NCBI GenBank assembly: GCA_043228905.1
Contig: JBHGNT010000010.1
Span: 4,030,001-4,094,000, forward strand
Length of the DNA: 64,000 nt
Origin: Azolla caroliniana
Lineage: Eukaryota; Plantae; Polypodiophyta
Direction of reading: 5' to 3'
The position numbers were made by a program, and so were the translations under genes. Position 1 is the stretch's first letter. Every line of letters starts with the position of its first letter. Below are positions 37,276 through 49,500 of the stretch, one piece after another. The notes beneath the pieces are model-generated. The model was not told where the DNA came from. It made no database searches and worked only from the letters and a program-made list of their open reading frames with translations.

Positions 37276-40010
37276 ACGCTCTATGCACCGATTGTGCTAA
37301 GGGACGGTTTTCTTCACGACACCGGGTGATGACAAGTTACGTCGGTCTTCCCGCTAGAAGAACCCTGTTACGCGTTACGGGTACAATGAGTACATGGCGC
37401 ATCATTATGTGTTCATGACTAAGGTGGCGAAAGTGCGTGAGCCGGAAAGGTACACAAAAGCGGCAAAGGATGCAAATTGGTGTGCCGCTATGGAGGAAGA
37501 AATGCGGGCACTAGATGCCAACGACACATGGGACCTCATTGACCCTCCCTGACACTATAAACCGATCGGTTGCAAATGGGTGTACAAGGTAACGTACAAT
37601 GCCGACGGTTCGGTTAACCAGTACAAGGCCTGGTTAGTAACGAAGGGATACGCACAAACCCACGAAATTGACTACCACGAGACCTTCACTCCAGTAACAA
37701 AGATGACGACGGTTCGTGTGGTACTGGTAGTTGCTGCAGCAAAGGGGTGGCAGCTTCACCAGATGGATGTGAAGAATGTGTTTCTTCAAGGTGACCTTGA
37801 AGAACAGGTCTATATGATCCAACCTCCCGGTTTTCAATCGAAGATGAACAAGTCGGCGGTGTGCCAGCTTAAGAAGTCGCTTTACGGTCTTAAACAAGCC
37901 CCCCGAGCTTGGAATGCGAAGATCACGCACCGGTTGCGTAAGATGGGGTTTGTGACCTCTAAATCCGACTCGTCGTTGTTCATCCGGCAAGGTCCAGACG
38001 GTCCGGTTTGCATCTTACTTTATGTAGATGATTTAATCATCACCGAGCCCGGACTCGATGAAATCGGCCGTGTCAAGGCCCAGCTATCGGACGCATTTGA
38101 GATGAAGGATCTGGGGGACCTTCATTATTTCCTTGGGATCGAGGTGATCCGAACCCCCGATGGCATATTGCTCTCACAACGACACTATGTGTTGAATATG
38201 TTGTACAAGTTCGACATGACAAAATGCCGACCTGTCTCCACACCCCTGGACCGGAACCAGAAGCTTCATCCCAACTCCGGACCAGCTTGCGATGAGAAAT
38301 GGTTCCGACAAATAGTCAGAAGCTTGATATACTTGACAATCACCCGACCCGACATCAGTTATCCGGTCGGTGTGATTAGCCAGTTCATGCAGACAACGAC
38401 CGTCGAGCACCTTCAATGCGCACACCGGATACTCCAGTATGTTAGCGGCACAAAGGACGGGGATTGTATTACCGACATGGTATAGCTAAAGAGCTAGTCG
38501 AATACACAGATGTCGATTGGGCTGGTGATGCATCGGATCACCGATCCACCTCCGGTTACATGTTTTCTCTAGGTAGCGCGGTTGTTGAGTGGAGCAGCAA
38601 GAAGCAGCCAACAGTGGCTCTGTCGAGCACTGAGGCTAAATACCGGGGTGCTACTAATGCCACTTGTGAAGCTATCTGGCTTCGGCAACTGCTGCGAGAT
38701 CTCCGGATCGAGGTGCCGACCCCGATCCTAATCTACTGCGACAACATGAGCAACATACAGCTTGCCAAGAACCTCGTATTCCATGCTCGAACAAAGCACA
38801 TAGAAGTGCATTATCACTTCGTGCATGAGCGGGTCTTGAGCGGTGAAGTCGACCTTTGGTATGTTCAGACGAATCGGTAGGTTGCCGACATCTTCACCAA
38901 ACCACTCGAATCGGACAAGTTGCAGCACTTCACCGACATGCTTGGTGTTCAGCATCTCGACGTGCCGCTCTTGAGGGGGAGAACGGGCACAGGCAAAGGC
39001 AAAGAAACTGCTGACGGCACCAGACAAGGAACCAACAAAGGGGGAGACAAGAGGAATAAGGAAGCCGAGTCAACGAAGGAAGTCGGCACATCCAAACAAG
39101 TCAGAATGTGCGACAGTGACGGTAGAGTGAAGAAGGACAGAGCTGACCGGAAGAAAAAGGCCAAGACCCGGACATGGTTTGATGTGGTGAAGGGCCGGAA
39201 ACCGGAAGACGAATCAGGAGCAACCGATTCGGACAAGAGTTGGAACGAATCGGAGGAAGCCAATTCGGTTCAACATTCGGAGAAGCCAGATCAACTAAAG
39301 GCCAAGCGGACACGGACCTAGGAACCGACGGGTCCACAAGTGCCGGAGTCACAACAGCGACGGAGCTAAAACGAGCCTGTTGAGCAGACAAGCCAACCGA
39401 GGAGGTTGAGGCACGTAGTACCGGACGGGTCGGGGGAACCGGACCGAACGAGGGGTGTGAGCAAGGCGTGACGACACCAGAAGGACTCAAGTAGAAGAAC
39501 CGACTTCCACAGACACTAACACTACAATCCGACCTCAAGTAGAGCTTGAGGGGGAGTGTTGAGCGAGCAAACTCAACCGGATCTAGATCGGTTGAATAAG
39601 CCTGAACCGGATCGGCATCCGGAAGGATGAGCCGGATCGGTATCCGGATGGTATCCGAAAACAACCGGCCAGATCTGAGAGCCGGATTCGAGTGGGAACC
39701 GGAACCCTAGTAGTAGCCTAGACTACTAGGTAATCATTGTCTTGTAGTCAGTGTCAGTCGCACGTAGGAATATTGAAGTACCTATCAATACTTCTGTCAG
39801 TCCTTTATGGACTTGTATATATAGTGTTGTTTAGCACGTTGTATACACTGAGTTTTAGAGTTATTTTTTAATAGAGTTTATGTTCTGCTCTCTCTGTCTC
39901 TCCCATATATACTCTCTGTGTTAAGATTCTCCATTCAAACTTCATCTCATTTTCTATTGCTATCCGACTGAGCCGGTTCTGTCTAACGCTTCCACACATT
40001 AACATTTACA

Positions 40011-40563
40011 CAAAGAACCTACAGATGGACAGACTCAAAGTATGTTGACAGAGAACAAGAATAATGGACTCCTCCCCACAAGAGTGAAGGGGGAGTTTCT
40101 TAGGAATATGTCCCTCCAGTGGGGCAATGGGAGGAGCCGATTATTCAGGTCAAGAAGTGCCTACAGTCGAAGACTAAGAGGAGCCAACTGTTTAGGCCGA
40201 GTACCGACGGTTGAAGAGTTGACTGCGAGAAAGTCGACTGTGAGAGTCAACTGGGTGAGTCGATAGAAATAAGCTCCAGGTCGAAGACGCAACCGACTAG
40301 TCGGGCCGACCGGATGGTCGATGACCAGGTCGACTAGTCGGACCGGCGGGTCAGTCAACACTAGGGTCGACTAATGGCTACTTATTATTATATATAATAA
40401 TAATAGTGATGTGTAGTAGGGGTTACATTTGTAGATAGACCATATCGAGCACAAGTATAAATACACTTAGGGCAAATAGTTTGAGTAGAGCGTGAGATAG
40501 AGAACTGTGAGAACGAGAGGAGAGAGAGTGAGCGGCACCATAGTTGTGTTCTATAACAGCATA
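40011..40563 (+). mobile_element. End of Copia RNase H, PPT and decayed 3' LTR (from about 40098), probably the remainder of host C
   Basis: TKNLQMDRLKVC-like tail; GAGTGAAGGGGGAGTT PPT; LTR body resembling A-family LTRs; same strand as C. Confidence 0.7.
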
Positions 40564-43500
40564 TGTCAAGAGCCCTACGCGGTGTTGTGAAACCGGGCTG
40601 GAAAGGGCAAGTCGGTGGTGTGCAATATGTGCACGTGTATAGTAGGAAATGGTGTATAGAATAAAGGGGAGTATTGATCCTGACGGGAACTACTCGTTCC
40701 TTATACGCAAGGCTCGGCCACAACCGAGCTTAGAATCATACACAGAAAACGGGAAATAATAAACGACACAAAGAAGAGAATAGTACACAGGAGGTTTACG
40801 TGGAAAACCCCAAACTAGGGAAAAAACCACGGCAGCCCACTGGCTACAAACTGTCACTATGTAAGAATGTACAACAGTGAGTTCACGGAGGCAACGACCT
40901 CGTGCTCACAATCTTCGCCACAGGTGGTGGTTACAACTGAGGCAACGACCTCTTCCTCTCTCTCTCTCACTCTCTCTGTACACAGTTACGCGCTCCAATC
41001 TCGCGCAGACAACAATGACAACCACTACTCAAAAGTTTGCCCTAAGTCATATTTATACTAATATGACTTTTCGGCTATTTACAAATATAGCCACGATGGA
41101 CTTTCAGAAACATATTTACGAATATGTCTCTACATCCGGAGAGCGTTCCTCACCGGGCCTGCATCATCTGGATCTCCGTAGCCGGGTACTCCTCATCCGG
41201 TCTACACCGGGTCTGTACCATCCGACTCTCCATAGCTGGGTACTCCTCATCCGGTCTACACCGGGTCTGTACCATCCGGCTCTACGTAGCCAGGTACTCC
41301 TCATCAGGTCTTCACCGGGTCTGCACCATCTGGCTCTCCGTAGCCGGGTACTCCTCATCCAGTCTTCACCAGGTCTGCACCATTCGGAGGGACCTGTCTC
41401 CCAACAAACTCCCCCTTCACTCCGGCATGATGTGTCTTACTAGTCCGATCCTCTTCCGGCATGCATCCAGCTTGTCGGGTATCAGCACTTTGGTCCGCAT
41501 ATCTGACCCGTTCTCGGCCGTGTGGATCTTCGTCAGTGCGAGCTCCTGGTCATCTACTCTTTCCCGGATCTAGTGAAAGCTTCGCTAGATATGCTTCGTC
41601 CGGGAATGGTAGGCCGCATTCTTAGCAAGGTGGATGGCACTTTGACTATCGCAATAGAGTCTGTATTCATCTTGCCAGATACCGAGTTCTCCGATGAAGT
41701 CCTTCATCCATAATATTTCCTTGTCGGCTTCCACAGCAACCATGTACTCCGCCTCCGTGGTTGACAATGCAACCGACTTCTGCAGCCTTGACTGCCATGA
41801 AACAGCTCCTCCTACATATGTCATTACATACCCGGATGTAGACCGGCTGGTATCCACATCAGCCGACATGTCCGAATCAGTGAAACCGTCAAGTTGAGGT
41901 TTTCCGGAGCCGAATCGGTTACACACATTTGAAGTGCCCTTTAAATACCGGAGTATCCATTTGACTGCGTTCCAGTGCTCCTTGCCGGGATTGCTCATGA
42001 ACCAGCTCACCACTCCGAGTGAGTATCCTATATTCGGTCAGGTACACACCATAGCGTACATTAAGCTCCCAACGGCAGAGGCATATGGAATCTTCATCAT
42101 ATCCTCCTTCTCTGCTTTCGTCTTTGGGCTTTTCTTACCGGATAACCTGCAGTTTGCCGGAAGTGTCGATACGACCGGTTTCGCATCTGACATGTTGAAC
42201 CGGTGAAGCACCTTTGTCACGTACTTCTCCTATGACAACCAGAATTGCTGCACTGACCGGTTCCGGATAATATGCATCCCCAGCATCTGCCTTGCCGAAC
42301 CCAAGTCTTTCATTGAGAAGGTCCGATTGAGAGCCTTCTTCAGCATCCGTATTTTGACTTGGTCCCGTCCGACGATCAACATGTCATCTACGTACAGAAG
42401 GAGTATCAAGAAGTCGCCTCCTTCGAACTTCTTCACAAACACACAGTGATCGGCCTGCGTCTTGTGGTACCCTTGATCAATCATGAAGGAGTCAAACTTC
42501 TGATACCATTGCCGGGGGGCCTGCTTCAACCCGTAGAGGCTCTTCTTCAACCGGCATACCAGGTTCTCCTTTCCTTTCTCCACAAATCCCTCCGGTTGTT
42601 GCATGTAGATCTCCTCTTCGAGGTCGCCGTGAAGGAATATTGTCTTCACGTCCAGCTGCTCTACCTCGAGGTCCATGCTTGCCGCTATACTCAGCAACGT
42701 CCGGATGGAGGTCATCTTTACTACCAGGGCAAATATCTCATCGAAGTCCACACCCTTCTTCTGCTGGAACCCCTTCACCACGATCCTGGCTTTGTATCTT
42801 GGGGGGTTGCCAGCATCTCTCGGTTTCAACTTGTACACCCACTTGTTTCGGAGTGCCCGCTTTCCTTTCGGCAACTCCACCAATTCGTACGTATAGTTCT
42901 CATGCAAGGAATCCATCTCATCCTGCATGGCACTTAACCATTTGCGGCTGTGGGTGTCATCCTTCGCTTCTTCGAAGCTTTCCGGCTCCCCCTCATCGGT
43001 CAGTAGAACATGCTCTGCATCCGGAAATCGTCGGGGGCCCTTCTCTCTCTTATAGGATATCTCCGTCTCTGGGCTTCAGTAACCGGCTTCCCTATTTGCT
43101 CTTCATCCGAATCTGATTCGTGGGTCTCGGCCGGTTCCGGTTTCAGCTTCCACTACTTCTTCTTCAGCCTGTTCGGTATCCTCACCGTAATCGGTTGGTC
43201 CCTCGAGTGCTAACCGGTCTCTTGCCGGTTGGGTCTGCTCGTCGTAGAGTCGATCCTTACCGGTCAACTCGGAGTTCATTATCTTCTTCTCCGACTCCCA
43301 GTCGGCGTGCATCTTGTCCTCTATGAAGATAATGTCTCGACCCCGGAATACCTTCTTGTCGACCAGGTCCCACACTCGGTAGCCGAACTCATCGTCACCG
43401 TAACCGAGGAATATCCATGATCGGGTCTTTGGATCTAACTTTCCTCTCCGGTCCTTAGCAACATGCACGTACGCGAGACACCCGAACACCTTCAGATGCC

Positions 43501-46500
43501 GGTAGGATACTTCCTTACCGGTCCACACTCTCTGTGGCGTGTCTCCGTCCAAGGGTACTGAGGGTGATCTATTTATCACATATGCCGCCGTCGACAATGC
43601 CTCAGCCCAAAACTTCTTGGGTAGTTTTGCATGCGCCAACATACTCCAGACCCTCTCCATTATGGTCCAGTTCATCCTCTCGGCCAGTCCGTTTAGTTCC
43701 GACGTCTTCGGCACGGTAAATTCAAGTCGGATTCCCTTCGAGCGGCAGTACTCCTCGAACTGCCCCTGGTATTCACCTCCGTTATCTGCTCGAACCGCCT
43801 TCAGCTTCCGGCCGGTTTCTCTTTCTACTCTCGCGTGGAGCTCTTTGAAGACGGATAGCACCTGATCCATCATCTTCAACGGTGTGGTCCACAGCTTCCG
43901 GCTGTGGTCATCTATGAATGTCACGAAGTACTGCGCTCTGGCATGTGACTTCGTGTCTACTTGACACACATCCGTATGCACCAACTTTAGTGGTGCATTA
44001 CGTCTCATCGGTGGCCTTGGTCGGAAGGAGGTCCAGTTTTGCTTACCGGCCAGACAATCAGTGCACTTCTCCAAGTGCACGTTCTTCACTGGAATGAGGT
44101 TGTCGTCTGCAAGCCTCTTCATCCCCTTCTCGCTCATATGACACAGCCTCTTATGCCACAGCTCACCGGCAGTGTCGGATGCCACGTTCACTTCTTCCGG
44201 ACATAACCGAGCATTCATCAGGTATAGTGTGTTGACCATCTGAGCCCGAGCCATAATCAGGCTCCCTTTGCTGAACTTCATGACACCGTTCCGGATGCTA
44301 CCCCTGTAGCCTTCATCATCTAGCGGACCGGCTGATATCAGGTTCAAACGAACCTCCGGAACGTGTCGGACATCCTTCAGCAGCAACTTGCATCCGGTTG
44401 GTGTTGACTGCCACACGTCTCCTATGCCGACAATTCGGCACTTACCTTCATTCCCCATCCGGACAGAGCCGTGATCACCGACTGAGTAGGATGAGAAGCA
44501 TTTCCGGTCCAGGGAAAGGTGGAACGATGCTCCGGAGTTGACCACCCAGGTCATCTCGTCGCCGGCAAGGTTTATCTCACTCTCCTCGGTGATGAGCATT
44601 AACTCTTCTTCACTTGTCGCGATTGCCATCGTCCCCTTCTGGTCCGGTCCCCTCCGATCTTTGCCGTTCCGGTCCGGGGTCCGCTTCGAATCGGTACCGT
44701 CGGTTTCCTTGTCCTTTCGGAAATGCCGACAGTTCTTCTGGAAGTGTCCCGTCTTGCCGCAATAGATGCAAGTAGGCCTCCCCCTTGACTTTGACCGTGT
44801 CCCCGACTTCTCCCGGTTCTGGGGACTACGGTTTCTTTGTCTTCCGCGTTCCAATTCGGTAAGGAGCGCTTCGGAGTCTTAGCTCATATCTTTATCCTTC
44901 CGACGCGCCTCCTCATCTAGCAAGCTCGACTTTACTCTTGCTAGGGATAACCGCTTTCCTTCCGGCCCGGCGGTTCCCAAAGTGACAACCAACGTCTCCC
45001 AGCTATCCAAGAGGGAACCGAGCAGGAGTAGCGCTACCTCGTCGGCGAGAGGTACTTCCAGTGATGTTTCCTGGTGTATCAGCCCCTGAAAGGCATTCAT
45101 GTGCTCCGCCATGCTGGAGCCATCTTGGTACCGGAGTCTTACTAGCTTCCGGAATACCGAAACCTGATTGACAGCATTTTTGTTTTGAAACATAATGCCG
45201 ATTTTCTCCCAGAGCTCATGAGCCTTGCTCTCTTCATTGAAGTTGTTGTACAGGCTCATGTCGATGAAGCACCGTATGTACGCCGTTGTCTTCATGTGCA
45301 TCACCTCCCATATCGCGGCGTCGATTTTGTCCGGTCTCTTGTCCCCGAACTGAACCGGCAGCCAGAGGTCTTTAACCACGAGCATGTCCCTCATCTTCGA
45401 CTTCCACACTGAATAGTTGGAGCCGGTGAGCTTGAACATGCCGCCAAACGATTCGTCCATTTTCTGTGTCGTTTCACTCTGATACCACTTGACGGGAACT
45501 ACTCGTTCCTTATACGCAAGGCTCGGCCACAACCGAGCTTAGAATCATACACAGAAAAAGGGAAATAATAAACGACACAAAGAAGAGAAGAGTACACAGG
45601 AGGTTTGCGTGGAAAACCCCAAACTAGGGAAAAAACCACGGCAGCCCACAGGCTGTAAACTGTCACTATGTAAGAATGTACAACAGTGAGTTCACGGAGG
45701 CAACGACCTTGTGCTCACAATCTTCGCCACAGGCGACGGTTACAACTGAGGCAACGACCTCTTCCTCTCTCTCTCTCACTCTCTCTGTACACAGTTACGC
45801 GCTTCGATCTCGTGCAGACAACAATGACAACCACTACTCAAAAGTTTGCCCTAAGTCATATTTATACTAATATGAATTTTCGGCTATTTACAAATATAGC
45901 CACGATGGACTTTCAGAAACATATTTACGAATATGTCTCTACATCCAGAGAGCGCTCCTCACCGGGCCTGCATCATCGGGATCTCCGTAGCCGGGTACTC
46001 CTCATCCAGTCTTCACCGGGTCTGTACCATCCAGCTCTCCGTAGCCGGGTACTCCTCATCCGGTCTTCATCGGGTCTGTACCATCCGGCTCTCCATAGCC
46101 GGGTACTCATCCGGTCTACATCGGGTCTATACCATCCGGCTCTCCGTAGCCGGGTACTCCTCATCCGGTCTTCACCGGGTCTGCACCATCCGGCTCTCCA
46201 TAGCCAGGTACTCCTCATCCGGTCTTCACTGGGTCTGCACCATTCGAAGGGACCTGTCTCCCAACAGATCCCACATTGTAACGTCTCTCCCTCCTTGGGC
46301 TATAAAAGGGAGGGGTCTCTTGTAAGGGGTTGCCCATTTTGAGTCGTAAGGGTATACCGTTTTTGTCGAGGGTCTTTTTGCTAAGAGTTTTCTAGGGTTA
46401 GTAACTTCCTCTTCTTCTTCTTCTTCTTCTTCTTCTTCTCCTTCTTGAGAAGTCGGGCGCCGCAACCATGGCGGCAACGCTGTTACGGCTAACTTCTTTT

Positions 46501-46581
46501 CTTCTAAGCGTACCCGCCTCGAAGCTGGGGTTGTATCTTTCCCCTTTGTAATATATACACTTATATCTATTTGTGCATATT
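40564..46581 (+). mobile_element. E2-family LTR-like element E6 (about 40564-40680 plus 46272-46581), split by A4 and cut by G2
   Basis: Matches the reverse complement of about 10200-10425 (cccacattgta..ccttgggctataaaagg); left boundary uncertain. Confidence 0.7.
40681..46266 (-). mobile_element. Full-length degenerate Copia A4
   Basis: LTRs 40681-41406 and 45490-46266; TSD GATCC; PBS at about 45476-45487; gag ATG 45460; pol broken by frameshifts and stops. Confidence 0.95.
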
Positions 46582-49500
46582 TGTTACGGGCATGACCATA
46601 TAATATCCCGTGGTGAGAATTTACCGTAGTATTCTATACACATGGATAGGTAAGGGTTAAACGAGAGTGTAAAGAAGGGGAGGATTACTTTTAAATCCTC
46701 GGGATTGAGACAACCCATTAGGTCAATTGTGAACTTGCCTGGGGGCCTTGGGTATCGCTATAAATAAGAGGCCTAGCTACCCTCATTTGATCATCTTTTG
46801 ACTACATCGAGACTCTGCTCTTATGGTGGGTCAACTCTTGTAGCGAGCGCGCCAGCACTAGGTACGACTCGACGCCACGGCGGTGGTATGGGACGCCGAT
46901 CGAGGCTCGAGTCCGTCTCGATCCCTTCGCTCGGGGGTGGTCGGGTGGACCGGCACCCTTCTTTCTCTTTCTCCTTTCTATCTATCATTAGTTTATCCTT
47001 ATCTTAAGCTTACTTTAGTACCTAGATCTCTAATATTTGGTATCAGAGCTATGTACTAATGTTTCTTTGTTTGTCTTTTTTCTTTTGATTGATGGCGATC
47101 GATCGATGTGCGGTCGGCCTGGATCCAAACAACGATCAACGAAGAACTTCGGTAACTCTTTCCGTAATTTATTTTTTTCTATTCTCTCTTCTCCCATATA
47201 ATCATGTGTTTAGTTTATATGTCTTTTTTTTTCATTAAATGATGTCGTTGTGGTATTTAATTGGTTATCTAAAATGCTTACATATGTGCACGAGGTCAAT
47301 GCCTCGTTTGACATATAAATAATATGTGATGAGTGTCGTATGCATACGAGGTTAATACCTCAATTACGTATTACGTTCACGAACATATGTTACGTTTGCG
47401 TATGAGGTCAACACCTCGATTTTGTTGTAAATGATATGTGTTTGGTCTTGTATGCATAAGAGGTCAATACCTCAGTTGCGTATTACGTTGAACCCTTATT
47501 TTTGGATGTCTCGTGTGCGTAGAGGTATATGCCTCGATTATGTATCTCGATTACGTCATTTTTGGCTATTAAATATAACGATTTCATTAATATAGGCATA
47601 TGTGGTCACGTGTATACGTAGTTGATCGTATATATGTGATAATATACATATGTGTATATAAGTTATTACGTGATTTTAAATCGAATGTTTTCCTTTTCGG
47701 GGAAAGGTTCTTGGTGGCCGTCCTCACATTTTTGTGAGAATCGTGTTGTCACCATCCCTTTTTTCAACAATTTTTTATTGTTGAAATCCCCATTGGTGAC
47801 TTCGATATTTCGTTACGTAAAGAAACGCCAATAGCCATGATGATGTTGAGTACGTAGGGTTTGACCCACTTCATGTGAGGTCGCTCTTATGACACACGTA
47901 TCCAACATCCCTCCCTCATTACATGGATACGATGCCACCATGAGATCATTCTTACGATAGGCATTCGTAATGACGTGACCATGTGATGGGCCACGTAGGC
48001 CTACTACGAAAAGAGGGCTCATTTGGCTTGACCATTAGGTTGCACTTTGGTGTATGCCATCGTAATTACGAGACTTGAGGTTAGGTAACGTATCAACATA
48101 GTTGTAGTAAATGAGAGCAAAATAAGGACTCTTGACATATATGTTTCTTTTAAAAAAACATATATGGGCAATTGCCTCACATATCTCTTATACGCATGAA
48201 ACATTAAACATGCATGAAGAGCAACTTACTTGGTTGGCTCAAATGTTTAATGTATTTGTTCTCAAGGTCTCGAGTTCAAATAAGACCAAGACCATACAAC
48301 ATCGTTGATACATATGACTATAACACATGTTTAGACTTGAGGTCTAAGTGCACCTCAGGGTCCTCGTAATAGGACTTAAAGAGCCGAAACCACATATGTG
48401 GGCAAAGAAACATAGTTTATTGTTAACATTTTTTTCATGTATAAACTATTTATTCATGACGCGAACATACATGGTTGAGCCTCAGGGAGCCGCCATATAA
48501 AATCGATATAGAGATCAGGGAAAGACATTCATTTGTCACCCCCATGGTTTTTAAAACACCTTTGTGTTACCATAGTAACCTGATCTTGAACCTCATCTCA
48601 TACGTCTAGAGGGGTATTGATGTGAGATCATGATATCGATTAATGTTTGCCCATGATATGTTTACATCACGACATGATGTTATGACTATCTCTCTGACCT
48701 TATCATATTTCTTTTCCAGAAATAATCTTTAATGGCTCAAATTAACGACCTGATGTCATCCGCTCAAGCGGAAGGAACTCAAGGGAATCCTCCTAGACAA
48801 ATGTCCACTGAGATGTATTTGGCACAAACAAGCCAATACCTTAGTTTCACCGCTCAACAAATGACCGAACTTCGGCAATCAATGAGTGCTCTTGAGGCAC
48901 GTGTCATTAGTCTACAACGTGAGACTAATAGACCTGATGAGCGACAAGGTGAACCATCATTTGTCGTTAAGCCATTTACGGGAGACAAAAAGGAAAGAAC
49001 CAAACAACCAATCTGCACATGGCTAGGACGATGGGAGTCTCATTTTGAGCTCTATCCCACGCCAGATAGTACGAAGATTGCATATGTCGGCCAAGAACTA
49101 GGAGGTAAGGCCGCCGCCTGGTGGCATGGGCTCCGTACTTTGGGGAAATTGCCCGATACCTAGACAGAGTTTGTCACAGTTTTCAAGGGCCAATTTTTGC
49201 AACCTCCCTCTCGAACCGAGGCAGCACAAGCTTTAATGAACCTCTCTAGCAAGAAGTTTTCCTTGCTAGAAGACTATGTCCACCATGCTAGAACCCAAAT
49301 CCAAAAATCAGATCTAGAAGGGGATAATTGGTTGATAGCTTGTTTTGTTAATGGCATCCCCAATTCGGACTATCACTGGATAGTGCACGATAAGGATCCA
49401 AAATCCTTCGAAGAGGCCGTTAAAATAGTTCTTCGCTATCAACGCACTTCGAAGAAGGACCACAACAAACCCAACGAAGCGCCCGGGACTAAGCAGTCGC

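Larger units (their letters stand above)
35726..37321 (-). mobile_element. TGTCG..CGACA element E4 (same family as E1), containing nested E5
   Basis: Perfect CCGG TSD (35722-35725 / 37322-37325); removal restores KKGPKPGDD. Confidence 0.9.
22075..40010 (+). mobile_element. Older Copia B' (5' end deleted); pieces 22075-23146, 29944-30036, 35281-35725, 37326-39556; 3' LTR 39557-40010
   Basis: PR/INT/RT/RNase H homologous to B1 and B2; frames rejoin across insertions (VHVP^DEKRR, CYNP^QTK, KP^GDD); PPT then TG..CA LTR. Confidence 0.9.
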
